Assembly: GCA_045633845.1 (NCBI GenBank)
Contig: JAZQZC010000036.1
Coordinates: 2,004 to 66,003, forward strand
From: Clostridia bacterium
GTDB taxonomy: Bacteria > Bacillota > Clostridia > UMGS1810
Reading direction: 5' to 3'
DNA: 64,000 nt
Shown here: positions 28,693 through 37,316 of the stretch, in pieces
How the letters are laid out: each line of letters opens with the position of its first letter
Numbering within the stretch: the stretch's first letter is position 1
Position numbers and translations under genes: made by a program
Notes under the pieces: model-generated
Databases searched by the model: none
Told to the model about the DNA's origin: nothing
Seen by the model: the letters and a program-made list of their open reading frames with translations, nothing else

Positions 28693-29490
28693 ATGAAAAA
28701 AATTTATAATTATTTACATATGCTTGTACAAAAAATCCTGGATGATGAAATGCTGCTTAGAGCATCAAGCGTCAGCTTTTATATTTTGCTTGCGTTTTTT
28801 CCTTTTGTAATTATTGTATTTTTGCTAAGCACATTTATCAGCCCCACAATAAGCAATTGGCTCCTTCATGCTATTGAGGTATTCCCCGATGATGTGGAGA
28901 TCATCATAACAAGCCTTGTTACCAATGCCGAAATCAGCAGTGCGCTCATTTTTGCCCTGGTGGGTGTTTCGGTATGGACACTTTCAAGCGCTCTTGTTAC
29001 GCTTTCAAATTCACTCAATGTGTTTTACAAGGTAAAGGAAACAAGGAGTTATATAATAACACGCCTCCTTGCAATACTGTGGGCAATTTTGTTTTTTGTG
29101 CTTATTGTTTCTATTATGGTTATTGTTGTATTTGGTGATTTGATTTTGGGTATGCTGTATCGGCATTTTGGTATAGAGCCTCACGGACTTGCGCTTGAGC
29201 TTGCGGGGTATGCAACTCTTTATATAATAGTAACTTTTTTAATTGCGGTTATATACAAATTTGTACCTAATATAAAGATTGTATTCACTTCGGTTATAAA
29301 GGGTTCGGCAATAACAACGCTTTTGTGGGTGGTTTCATCTTATGTATTTTCTATATATGTAAACAATTTTGCGAGGTACCATCTTCTTTACGGCTCTATT
29401 GCAGGTATTATTATTCTTGTAACGTGGATATATATAACCTCAATGGTTTTGCTGCTCGGTGGCGAAATAAATGCATTATCTCAAAAATAA
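28693..29490 (+). CDS. YihY/BrkB-family membrane protein
   Basis: Six TM segments with the family block SSVSFYILLAFFPF and C-terminal YGSIAGIIILVTWIYITSMVLLLGGEINA. Confidence 0.8.
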   Translation: MKKIYNYLHMLVQKILDDEMLLRASSVSFYILLAFFPFVIIVFLLSTFISPTISNWLLHAIEVFPDDVEIIITSLVTNAEISSALIFALVGVSVWTLSSALVTLSNSLNVFYKVKETRSYIITRLLAILWAILFFVLIVSIMVIVVFGDLILGMLYRHFGIEPHGLALELAGYATLYIIVTFLIAVIYKFVPNIKIVFTSVIKGSAITTLLWVVSSYVFSIYVNNFARYHLLYGSIAGIIILVTWIYITSMVLLLGGEINALSQK

Positions 29491-29602
29491 TTTGAAAATT
29501 TTTCAAAAAACACTTGCAAATTGTGTTTTTATTTGATACAATATACCTTGTGTTTATTTGAAATGATATATTTTTATGAATTTTAGCAGGAGGTGCATAT
29601 AC

Positions 29603-29791
29603 ATGGCAAAGTGTGAAATTTGCGGTAAGGGTGTTACTTTTGGTATTAAAGTAAGCCACTCTCACAGAAGATCAAACAGAACTTGGAAAGCAAACGTAAG
29701 ATCAGTAAAGGCTGTAGTTAACGGTACACCTAAAAAGATTAATGTTTGCACAAGCTGCTTGCGTTCAAACAAGGTAACAAGAGCCGTTTGA
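29603..29791 (+). CDS. rpmB: 50S ribosomal protein L28
   Basis: MAKCEICGKGVTFGIKVSHSHRRSNRTWKANV. AGGAGG lies 7 nt upstream of ATG 29603. Confidence 0.95.
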   Translation: MAKCEICGKGVTFGIKVSHSHRRSNRTWKANVRSVKAVVNGTPKKINVCTSCLRSNKVTRAV

Positions 29792-29816
29792 TTGCATCAA
29801 TTATTTATAGAAAATC

Positions 29817-29846
29817 GCAGGGCGCATATAGCAGCCCTGCTTTTTT
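29817..29846 (+). terminator. Intrinsic terminator of rpmB
   Basis: GCAGGGC-gcatatagca-GCCCTGC followed by TTTTTT. Confidence 0.8.
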
Positions 29847-29856
29847 CTGTTTTTAA

Positions 29857-29925
29857 CTACATTCTGAAAATTGCTTTCAAAAATTTTCTCATTAGCTTTG
29901 GTGCAGTAAGTACAACTATTTTCAT
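29857..29925 (-). CDS. spoVM: Stage V sporulation protein M-like 22-aa peptide
   Basis: Not in the ORF track (under 60 aa). MKIVVLTAPKLMRKFLKAIFRM matches the amphipathic SpoVM pattern (B. subtilis MKFYTIKLPKFLGGIVRAMLGSFRKD). RBS AGAGGTG lies 7 nt upstream. It sits next to rpmB, as in Bacillus. Confidence 0.7.
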   Translation of the reverse strand: MKIVVLTAPKLMRKFLKAIFRM

Positions 29926-29941
29926 ATTAAATTCACCTCTG

Positions 29942-30094
29942 TTATGACCAATAATAGCACCAACACAATATACCAAGCAATATACCCTCAACAATGGCTA
30001 TTATTATCGGAGGGAAAACAAATGCCAGAAACATCCCTGCCACAAACCCCATAATAATGCAGCCGCATATTCTGTGATGAAATTTTTTGAACAT
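29942..30094 (-). CDS. 50-aa hydrophobic small protein (two predicted TM segments), function unknown
   Basis: Not in the ORF track. MFKKFHHRICGCIIMGFVAGMFLAFVFPPIIIAIVEGILLGILCWCYYWS. Strong RBS GGAGGTG 6 nt upstream of the ATG. The stop lies 16 nt upstream of spoVM. Confidence 0.5.
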   Translation of the reverse strand: MFKKFHHRICGCIIMGFVAGMFLAFVFPPIIIAIVEGILLGILCWCYYWS

Positions 30095-30165
30095 TGTATT
30101 CACCTCCGGTTATTGTAATATATTCTTGAAAAACCCATCTTGTCACAAAAAATTAAATTATATAA

Positions 30166-30194
30166 TTGACAAAAGTGCATACGATATATATAAT
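30166..30194 (+). promoter_or_regulatory. Sigma-A type promoter of acpP
   Basis: TTGACA (30166-30171), a 17-nt spacer, and TATAAT (30189-30194). Confidence 0.6.
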
Positions 30195-30227
30195 ATATTT
30201 AGCATATTTTAGATGGAGGTGAAATTA

Positions 30228-30458
30228 ATGGAATTTGAAACAATAAAAAGAATTCTTGTAGAACAGTTGGGAGTGTCTGAAGATGAAATCACACTTGATT
30301 CTACATTTGAAAATGATTTGGGTGCAGATTCACTCGACCTTGTTGAAATTTTGATGGCACTTGAAGAAGAATACGGCTTTGAAGTATCTGAAGACGAAGT
30401 TGAAGGAATTGATACTGTTGGCAAAGCGGTAGAATACATCAAGGCACATGCCGAATAA
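30228..30458 (+). CDS. acpP: Acyl carrier protein
   Basis: LGADSLDLVEILMALEEEYG, carrying the phosphopantetheine-attachment Ser. ATG 30228 follows GGAGGTG. Confidence 0.95.
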   Translation: MEFETIKRILVEQLGVSEDEITLDSTFENDLGADSLDLVEILMALEEEYGFEVSEDEVEGIDTVGKAVEYIKAHAE

Positions 30459-30469
30459 GGAGAATATTA

Positions 30470-31156
30470 ATGAAGAGTAATCTGGCACAGCTGGAACAAA
30501 AGCTCGGATATAAATTTAAAAACCCAAAGCTGCTTACACAAGCACTGTGTCACAAATCATATATAAATGAAAGTGATGGCAGCATCAAGTCGTACGAAAG
30601 ACTTGAGTTTTTGGGCGATTCGGTATTGGGAGTTGTTGTCAGCCGATACATATACGATAACTATGCATCGTTTCCCGAGGGTGAGCTAACAAAGCTTCGG
30701 GCAGCTGTTGTGTGCGAAAGGTCGCTTTCGCAGCTGGCACGCAACCTTAATATGGGAGAGTATATATATTTAAGCAAAGGCGAAATGCAAAGCGGAGGGG
30801 CAGACAAGGATGCTATACTTTGCGATGTGTTTGAAGCGGTAATTGCAGCAATATATCTCGACAGTAATATGGAAAAAGCGCGCACGTTTATATTAAACAA
30901 TCTTGCCGATATAATACAAAAGCAGGCGCAGCTCGGCAGTGACTTAAACGATTACAAAACAACCCTGCAGGAAATTGTGCAGCAAGACGGCGGCACTGTT
31001 GAATACAAAATTGTTTCGGAATCGGGGCCCGACCACGCCAAGCAGTATGAGGCAGCTGTGTATGTAAACGGAAGCAGTGTTGCATTGGGCAGCGGCGGCA
31101 GCAAAAAGAAGGCACAGCAGGATGCCGCAAAAAATGCAATTAAACTAATAAAATGA
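30470..31156 (+). CDS. rnc: Ribonuclease III
   Basis: Signature ERLEFLGDSVLG and a C-terminal dsRBD (GPDHAKQYEAAVYVNG...KKKAQQDAAKNAI). Confidence 0.95.
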   Translation: MKSNLAQLEQKLGYKFKNPKLLTQALCHKSYINESDGSIKSYERLEFLGDSVLGVVVSRYIYDNYASFPEGELTKLRAAVVCERSLSQLARNLNMGEYIYLSKGEMQSGGADKDAILCDVFEAVIAAIYLDSNMEKARTFILNNLADIIQKQAQLGSDLNDYKTTLQEIVQQDGGTVEYKIVSESGPDHAKQYEAAVYVNGSSVALGSGGSKKKAQQDAAKNAIKLIK

Positions 31157-31169
31157 ATAATAAGCTAAA

Positions 31170-31205
31170 ACAGCATTCTCATTAAATTGAGGATGCTGTT
31201 TTTTT
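31170..31205 (+). terminator. Intrinsic terminator of rnc
   Basis: ACAGCATTCTCA-ttaaat-TGAGGATGCTGT followed by TTTTTTT. Repeat locus 3 starts 3 nt later. Confidence 0.75.
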
Positions 31206-31207
31206 GT

Positions 31208-31480
31208 GGTGACAGAGTGATAAGAGGGGTGACAGTGGGGAAGTTCCTTTGCAAAAGGTGCGTCCCCATCTGTCACAGGTTAGTGTTTGCCATATGTTCG
31301 CACAACAAGCGAGGACACACCTCTTACGAGGAATGTCCCCGTTGTCATGCGAACATCCCCATTTGTCACAGTTTAGTGTTTGCCATATGTTCGCACAACA
31401 AGCGAGGACACACCTCTTACGAGGAATGTCCCCGTTGTCATGCGAACATCCCCATTTGTCAAAACATCCCCGTTTGTCAC
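31208..31480. repeat. Family-1 palindromic repeat, locus 3 (beta hairpin + two tandem 93-bp inverted alpha units + terminal motif)
   Basis: GGTGACAGTGGGGAAGTTCCTTTGCAAAAGGTGCGTCCCCATCTGTCAC, then 31277-31369 and 31370-31462 almost identical. Confidence 0.9.
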
Positions 31481-31583
31481 TTGCTCTTTTGTGTAAAATT
31501 GTTAAAAAGTGCGTTTGCGTTTGTGACTTTTTAACAAAAATGCAAAAAAAGCGAAAAATCACAAAAAAATTTTGCATTAGCTA

Positions 31584-31612
31584 TTGCAAAAGTGCCAAAA
31601 ATGGTTTAAAAT
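31584..31612 (+). promoter_or_regulatory. Candidate mraZ (dcw) promoter
   Basis: TTGCAA (31584-31589), a 17-nt spacer, and TAAAAT (31607-31612). Confidence 0.45.
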
Positions 31613-31622
31613 TTAGTTATTA

Positions 31623-31658
31623 GTGGTGATTTGTGGTACAAAGTGGTTAAAAGTGGTA
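31623..31658 (+). promoter_or_regulatory. Putative MraZ operator: four direct GTGGT repeats with exact 10-bp phasing
   Basis: GTGGTGATTT GTGGTACAAA GTGGTTAAAA GTGGTA, starting at 31623, 31633, 31643 and 31653, just downstream of the -10 box and 27 nt upstream of mraZ. Confidence 0.6.
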
Positions 31659-31684
31659 AATTTTATTTGAAATGAGGTGAGAAA

Positions 31685-32119
31685 ATGTTCACAGGGGAGT
31701 ACCGTCACAGCGTTGATACAAAGGGCAGAGTCATTATGCCTGCCAAATTCCGCGAGACACTTGGCAACAAGTTCTTTTTGACGCGCGGACTTGACGGCAA
31801 TCTGCAGATTTATTCATACGACGAATGGATGAAGGTGTGTGAAAAGCTCAGCAGCCTTCCTACCTTGGTGGACAAAAACTCACGTGCACTTTCAAGACAC
31901 TTGTTATCGGGATGCGTTGAGTGTGAAGTAGACAAGCAGGGCAGAATACTCATTCCGTCATCACTTCGTATCAGTGCAAAAATAGATAAAGACGTTGTGG
32001 TAATCGGCAACGGCAACAAGGTGGAAATATGGAGCAGCGAGGTATGGGATGGCTACATTGACGAAATAGACACCGACCAGATTGCCCAAAACCTTTGTAA
32101 CCTTGGCATAATGATTTAA
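31685..32119 (+). CDS. mraZ: Transcriptional regulator MraZ
   Basis: MFTGEYRHSVDTKGRVIMPAKFRE and a second SpoVT-AbrB repeat DKQGRILIPSSLR. Confidence 0.95.
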   Translation: MFTGEYRHSVDTKGRVIMPAKFRETLGNKFFLTRGLDGNLQIYSYDEWMKVCEKLSSLPTLVDKNSRALSRHLLSGCVECEVDKQGRILIPSSLRISAKIDKDVVVIGNGNKVEIWSSEVWDGYIDEIDTDQIAQNLCNLGIMI

Positions 32120-32134
32120 TTCGGCGGTATAATT

Positions 32135-33067
32135 ATGGATTTTAGACATATATCGGTTTTGCTTGAAGAATCGGTACAAAATCTCAATATAAACAAAGAC
32201 GGCATATATGTTGACTGCACTATGGGTGGTGGCGGACACAGCCAAAAAATTGTGTCGCAGCTCTCGCCAAAGGGTACGCTTGTTGGCATAGACCGCGATA
32301 CCGAGGCTCTTGCTGCAAGCAGACAGCGGCTTTCGCAGTATAACAACGTAATATATGTACACAACAATTTTCACAATATAAAAAGCGTTCTTGCGTCACA
32401 TAGCATCAGCGAGGTTGACGGAATTATAGCAGACCTTGGAGTGTCATCCTACCAGCTCGACAACAGAGAGCGCGGCTTTAGCTATATGGAGGATGCGAAG
32501 CTTGATATGCGTATGGATGCAACATCTGATTTTGATGCATACAAGCTTGTTAATACATACAGTGAAGCACAGCTTGCAGATGTAATATTCCGCTATGGCG
32601 AAGAAAGATTTTCGCGCAAGATAGCAAAAGCTATTGTAGATAAGAGAGCGGACAAGCCTATTGAAACCACACTGGAGCTTGTTGAAATAATCAAAAAAGT
32701 AATACCCGAAAGGTTCAGACAAAAGGGCTCACACCCTGCCAAGCGAACCTTCCAAGCATTAAGAATAGAAGTAAACAGTGAGCTTGACCCGCTTGCACAG
32801 GCAGTGGAGGATATGTTTGATTGCTTAAAGCAGGGCGGCAGGCTCAGCATAATAACATTTCATTCTCTTGAGGACAGGATTGTTAAAACAAAGTACAATG
32901 AGCTGTCGCAAGGGTGCATATGCCCGCCTGATTTTCCTGTATGCGTGTGCGGTAAAACACCTCGGGGTAAGGTAATTACACGAAAACCCATACTTCCCAC
33001 AGAGGATGAATGTGAACAAAACAAGCGCTCAAAAAGCGCAAAGCTCAGAATTATAGAAAAATTGTAA
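32135..33067 (+). CDS. rsmH: 16S rRNA (cytosine1402-N4)-methyltransferase
   Basis: [39 protein letters not shown]-like [12 protein letters not shown], and AKLR. Confidence 0.95.
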   Translation: MDFRHISVLLEESVQNLNINKDGIYVDCTMGGGGHSQKIVSQLSPKGTLVGIDRDTEALAASRQRLSQYNNVIYVHNNFHNIKSVLASHSISEVDGIIADLGVSSYQLDNRERGFSYMEDAKLDMRMDATSDFDAYKLVNTYSEAQLADVIFRYGEERFSRKIAKAIVDKRADKPIETTLELVEIIKKVIPERFRQKGSHPAKRTFQALRIEVNSELDPLAQAVEDMFDCLKQGGRLSIITFHSLEDRIVKTKYNELSQGCICPPDFPVCVCGKTPRGKVITRKPILPTEDECEQNKRSKSAKLRIIEKL

Positions 33068-33078
33068 AGGAGTGCAAT

Positions 33079-33498
33079 TTGTTGGATAAATATGTCAGCG
33101 GTACAGCAGCATACAACTACGGCAGCGCTTTGCCGTATGAGTCACAGCAGATACGACCACAGCTTAAAGAGGTAAAGGCACCTTGGGTAAACAAAAACAG
33201 AATAATTGCAAAAACGTTATGTGTGTATATGGCTGTTGTGTTTGTACTTCTTATAGGTATATTGTACAGCCAGGTGCTCGTAATGCAGGCAAAAAGCAGC
33301 ATCGACACAATGGAGCAGCAGCTTGCAGCTATTACAGAAGAAAACAGCATCAAAAAAATTCAGCTTGAACAAAGCGTTGACCTTAAAAAGATAGAAGAGA
33401 TTGCAATATCACAATATGGTATGCAGCGACCTGACAACAATCAGATTATTTATGTGAGAGTGGTTCAGGACGATTATGGTGAAGTAATAAAAAACTAA
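33079..33498 (+). CDS. ftsL: Cell-division protein FtsL-like (single-pass, coiled coil)
   Basis: 139 aa. One TM segment (LCVYMAVVFVLLIGILY) followed by a coiled coil. Sits in the canonical slot between rsmH and the division PBP. TTG start 6 nt after AAGGAG. Confidence 0.6.
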   Translation: MLDKYVSGTAAYNYGSALPYESQQIRPQLKEVKAPWVNKNRIIAKTLCVYMAVVFVLLIGILYSQVLVMQAKSSIDTMEQQLAAITEENSIKKIQLEQSVDLKKIEEIAISQYGMQRPDNNQIIYVRVVQDDYGEVIKN

Positions 33499-33661
33499 CA
33501 TAATTGACACATTTGTACAATAATAATTTAAAGACTAAAAAAGTGTGAAATCATTACCCCATTGGTCATTTTGGCCGTGGGGTAGGCTTGGCTTTAGCCA
33601 TTGGAGTTCGGATAGTACTCCAATGGCTAACGAAAATAAATAATCAGGAAAGGGAACGGAT

Positions 33662-35842
33662 ATGAGCAGAGACGAAATTATGTTAAAAAAGAGAATAATT
33701 CACATTATATTTGTATTCGGACTCGGTATGCTTGTAGTTCTCGCTTCTCTTTTCAGATGGCAGATTATAAAGGGCGACGAGCTGCAAAAAAAGGCGATTG
33801 CACAGCAAACTCAGGAAAGCAGCATAAGCTCTGACAGAGGCGTAATTTATGACCGAAACGGCAAAATTCTTGCGCAGAATTCCTCGGTAGAAACTGTAAC
33901 CGCAAGCCCAAAGGACGTACAAAAGGCGGGCAAGGTAGACGAAACAGCGCAAACTCTCGCGCAAATTCTGGGTCTTGATGCCGAAACGGTTAAAAACAAA
34001 TTAAATCAAAATCTTGACCACGTGGAAATAAAGAAAAAGGTTGACATCGAAACCACAAATCTCATCCGCGAAAAAGACCTTGCAGGTGTATTTTTGGTTG
34101 ACGATACAAAAAGATATTACCCATACGGCTCGCTTGCAGCTCACGTAATAGGAACAACCGGTACCGACAATCAGGGGCTTTCGGGCGTTGAAATGGTATA
34201 CGAAGAATATCTCAAGGGCAAGCCGGGCAGACTTATTTCAAACCGCAACGACGACGTTACCGATATGCAGTATGAAGAATATGAGCGCTCTGTTAACGGC
34301 AGCAACATTGTGCTTACAATTGATGAAATTATTCAGCATTTTGTTGAATCGGAGCTTGAGCAGGCGTGCAAGGATTACAAGGTAGAAAACGGCGCTGCGT
34401 GTATAATAATGAACGCAAAAACAGGCGAAATTCTTGCAATGGCAACATACCCTACATTTGACCTTAACAATCCCTTTACTCTTACCGACCCCGATGTACT
34501 TGCGAGTCTTGAGCAGTACGAGGGTGAGGAGAGAACACAAAAATACAATGACGAAGTGTATAAGCTGTGGCGAAACAAAGCGGTTGTTGACTCATATGAG
34601 CCAGGCTCCACATTTAAATCAATCACAGCTTGTATGGCGCTTGAAGAGGGTGTTGTGAGCCTTAATGAGGTGTTTAACTGCAGCGGCAGTATGCGTGTTG
34701 CAGATACAAACATCAGCTGCTGGAAGGCAGGCGGTCACGGCTCCGAAACCTTTGTACAGGGTGTTGAGGGCTCTTGTAATCCGCTGTTTATGACACTTGG
34801 CGCAAGAGTAGGCGCAAAAAATTTTTACAAATACTACAAAGCATTCGGCTTTACCGAAACAACAGGCTTTGATTTGCCGGGCGAAGCATCGGGCACATTC
34901 CACGAAATGAGCAATTTTAACGACGTAGAGCTTGCAACAAGCAGCTTTGGTCAGACATTTATCATTACACCGCTGCAGCTTATTACGGCTTATTCGGCAA
35001 TTACAAACGGCGGCAATATGGTGCGCCCTCACATTGTTAAGCAGATAATCGATGACAATGGCAACGTTATAAAAAATAATGAAACCGAAATTATAAGACA
35101 GGTTGTGTCGGAGGATACTGCTCAGACAGTATGTAATGTGCTGGAGGGCGTTGTTTCCAAAAATACAGGTAAAAACGCATATATAAAAGGCTTCAGAGTT
35201 GCGGGTAAAACAGGCACAAGTGAAAAATTACCTCGTGGCAACGGTAAATATGTTGCATCGTTTATCGGCTTTGCGCCCTGCAACGACCCCGAAATTATAG
35301 GTCTTGTAATGCTTGATGAGCCTATGGGCGTATCACATATGGGCGGCGCAACTGCGGCTCCTACATTTAAAAATATTTTTGACAATGTTTTGAGATATCT
35401 CAACATAGAGCCTCAGTACACCGAGGAGGAGCTTGCATCTCTCGACAATTCGGTTCCTAACGTTGAGGGGCTTGGCAAATCGGATGCTATTGCAAAATTT
35501 GCAAATACAGGTCTTAAATACAATATAATAGGCTCGGGCAGCAAAATAACAAGCCAGATTCCAAAAGGCGGCTCCACACTTCCCGATGGTTCTACTGTAG
35601 TGCTTTACACCGAGGATGCGCAGACTCAGCAGGTAGAGGTGCCAAACCTTATTGGTATGACTGCATCTCAGGCTAACACAGCGCTTACAAATTCGGGGCT
35701 TAATATTAAAGAAATCAATGTTGCCGAAAATGCATCAAGCGGAACTGCGGTTGTAAACAAGCAGGAGCCTGCGGCGGGCACAAAGGTTAACCGCGGTACT
35801 GTTGTAAACGTTCAATTCAGCTACACCGACAATGTTCATTAA
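33662..35842 (+). CDS. Class B penicillin-binding protein (FtsI/SpoVD type) with C-terminal PASTA domains
   Basis: N-terminal TM segment, dimerisation domain, and transpeptidase motifs STFK, SCN (SxN) and KTGT. The C-terminal PASTA-like repeat includes VEVPNLIGMTASQANTALTNSGL. Confidence 0.9.
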   Translation: MSRDEIMLKKRIIHIIFVFGLGMLVVLASLFRWQIIKGDELQKKAIAQQTQESSISSDRGVIYDRNGKILAQNSSVETVTASPKDVQKAGKVDETAQTLAQILGLDAETVKNKLNQNLDHVEIKKKVDIETTNLIREKDLAGVFLVDDTKRYYPYGSLAAHVIGTTGTDNQGLSGVEMVYEEYLKGKPGRLISNRNDDVTDMQYEEYERSVNGSNIVLTIDEIIQHFVESELEQACKDYKVENGAACIIMNAKTGEILAMATYPTFDLNNPFTLTDPDVLASLEQYEGEERTQKYNDEVYKLWRNKAVVDSYEPGSTFKSITACMALEEGVVSLNEVFNCSGSMRVADTNISCWKAGGHGSETFVQGVEGSCNPLFMTLGARVGAKNFYKYYKAFGFTETTGFDLPGEASGTFHEMSNFNDVELATSSFGQTFIITPLQLITAYSAITNGGNMVRPHIVKQIIDDNGNVIKNNETEIIRQVVSEDTAQTVCNVLEGVVSKNTGKNAYIKGFRVAGKTGTSEKLPRGNGKYVASFIGFAPCNDPEIIGLVMLDEPMGVSHMGGATAAPTFKNIFDNVLRYLNIEPQYTEEELASLDNSVPNVEGLGKSDAIAKFANTGLKYNIIGSGSKITSQIPKGGSTLPDGSTVVLYTEDAQTQQVEVPNLIGMTASQANTALTNSGLNIKEINVAENASSGTAVVNKQEPAAGTKVNRGTVVNVQFSYTDNVH

Positions 35843-35854
35843 AGGGTGATAAAC

Positions 35855-37285
35855 TTGAAATTAACCGAGTTGTTAAAAGGAGTATCCGTTATAAAAATAC
35901 ACAATGAGCAGGATTGTGACATTACGGGTGTTCAGTATAATTCATTAAAAATACAAGAGGGTAATTTGTTTGTGGCAATAACAGGCTTTTCTACCGACGG
36001 GCACAAGTATATTTCGTCTGCAGTGCAAAATGGTGCTGTTGCCGTTGTTGCCGAAAAATATACCCCCGATGTAAATTGCGTACAAATTATTGTACAAAAT
36101 TCGCGCATTGCCGAGGCGCAAATCAGCGCAAACTACTTTGGCAATCCTGCAAAAAAATTCAAGCTTATAGGTATTACAGGCACAAACGGCAAAACAACCT
36201 GCACATATCTTGTTAAAAAGATACTCGAGCATTCAGGCTATAAGGTTGGGCTTATAGGCACAAATCAAAATATGATTGGCTCAGAGGTTTTTGAAACAGG
36301 GCGTACAACTCCCGATTCTTTTGAGCTCTGGCAGCTTTTTGCCAAAATGGCACAGCAAAATGTTGACTATGTGGTAATGGAGGTTTCATCTCACGCACTG
36401 GAGCTTTTTAGAGTTTACGGATGCAATTTTTATGTAGGTGCATTTACCAACCTTACGCAAGACCATCTTGATTTTCACATTACAATGGACAATTATGCTG
36501 CAGCAAAGCAAAAGCTTTTTGATATGAGCGCAGCGGCAGTAATAAATACAGACGACAAATATGGCATGCAAATGGCTCAAAAATGCGATTGCTCTGTTAT
36601 AGGCTACGGAGTAAAAAACAATTGCGACTTGCAGGCAAAGCAAATAGAGTACAGCGACAGCGGTGTGGCATTTGAGGCTCATGGGCAGCAGTATAAGCTT
36701 GGTATTCCGGGCGAATTTTCGGTTTACAACGCTCTTTGCGCAATTGGTGTGTGCAAGCGGTGCGGAATTGACGCAAATGCTATTGCCGATGCATTAAAGG
36801 CAGCAGACGGTGTAAAGGGCAGAGCAGAGGTGGTAAACACAAATACCGACTACACAGTTATGATTGACTATGCTCACACACCCGACGGCATACAGAATAT
36901 ATTAAACACTGTAAGAGGCTTTGCAAAAGGCAGAGTAATAATACTTTTTGGCTGCGGCGGTGACAGAGATAACACAAAAAGACCCATTATGGGCAAGGTT
37001 GCAGGGGAGCTTGCAGACTTTTGTATTGTAACAAGCGACAATCCGCGAAGCGAGGACCCAATGGCTATTATAGATATGATTGAGCCTGCGGTAAAACAAA
37101 CGGCAACACCGTATGTGGTAATTCCCGACAGACGCAAGGCAATAAAATATGCCCTGCAAAACGCAAAAAGCGGCGATGTAATAGTACTTGCAGGCAAAGG
37201 CCACGAAACCTATCAGGTGCTTAAGGGCGGCACAATACATTTTGACGAAAGAGAAATTATACACGAGCTTTTAAAAAAACAATAA
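35855..37285 (+). CDS. murE: UDP-N-acetylmuramoyl-L-alanyl-D-glutamate--2,6-diaminopimelate ligase
   Basis: GITGTNGKTT, the DNPR motif (TSDNPRSEDP, meso-DAP type) and GKGHE. The ORF opens at GTG 35846; TTG 35855 (MKLTELLKG) has better RBS spacing. Confidence 0.9.
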   Translation: MKLTELLKGVSVIKIHNEQDCDITGVQYNSLKIQEGNLFVAITGFSTDGHKYISSAVQNGAVAVVAEKYTPDVNCVQIIVQNSRIAEAQISANYFGNPAKKFKLIGITGTNGKTTCTYLVKKILEHSGYKVGLIGTNQNMIGSEVFETGRTTPDSFELWQLFAKMAQQNVDYVVMEVSSHALELFRVYGCNFYVGAFTNLTQDHLDFHITMDNYAAAKQKLFDMSAAAVINTDDKYGMQMAQKCDCSVIGYGVKNNCDLQAKQIEYSDSGVAFEAHGQQYKLGIPGEFSVYNALCAIGVCKRCGIDANAIADALKAADGVKGRAEVVNTNTDYTVMIDYAHTPDGIQNILNTVRGFAKGRVIILFGCGGDRDNTKRPIMGKVAGELADFCIVTSDNPRSEDPMAIIDMIEPAVKQTATPYVVIPDRRKAIKYALQNAKSGDVIVLAGKGHETYQVLKGGTIHFDEREIIHELLKKQ

Positions 37286-37316
37286 ATGTGCTATTTGATA
37301 AACGGGGGAAGTAGAT

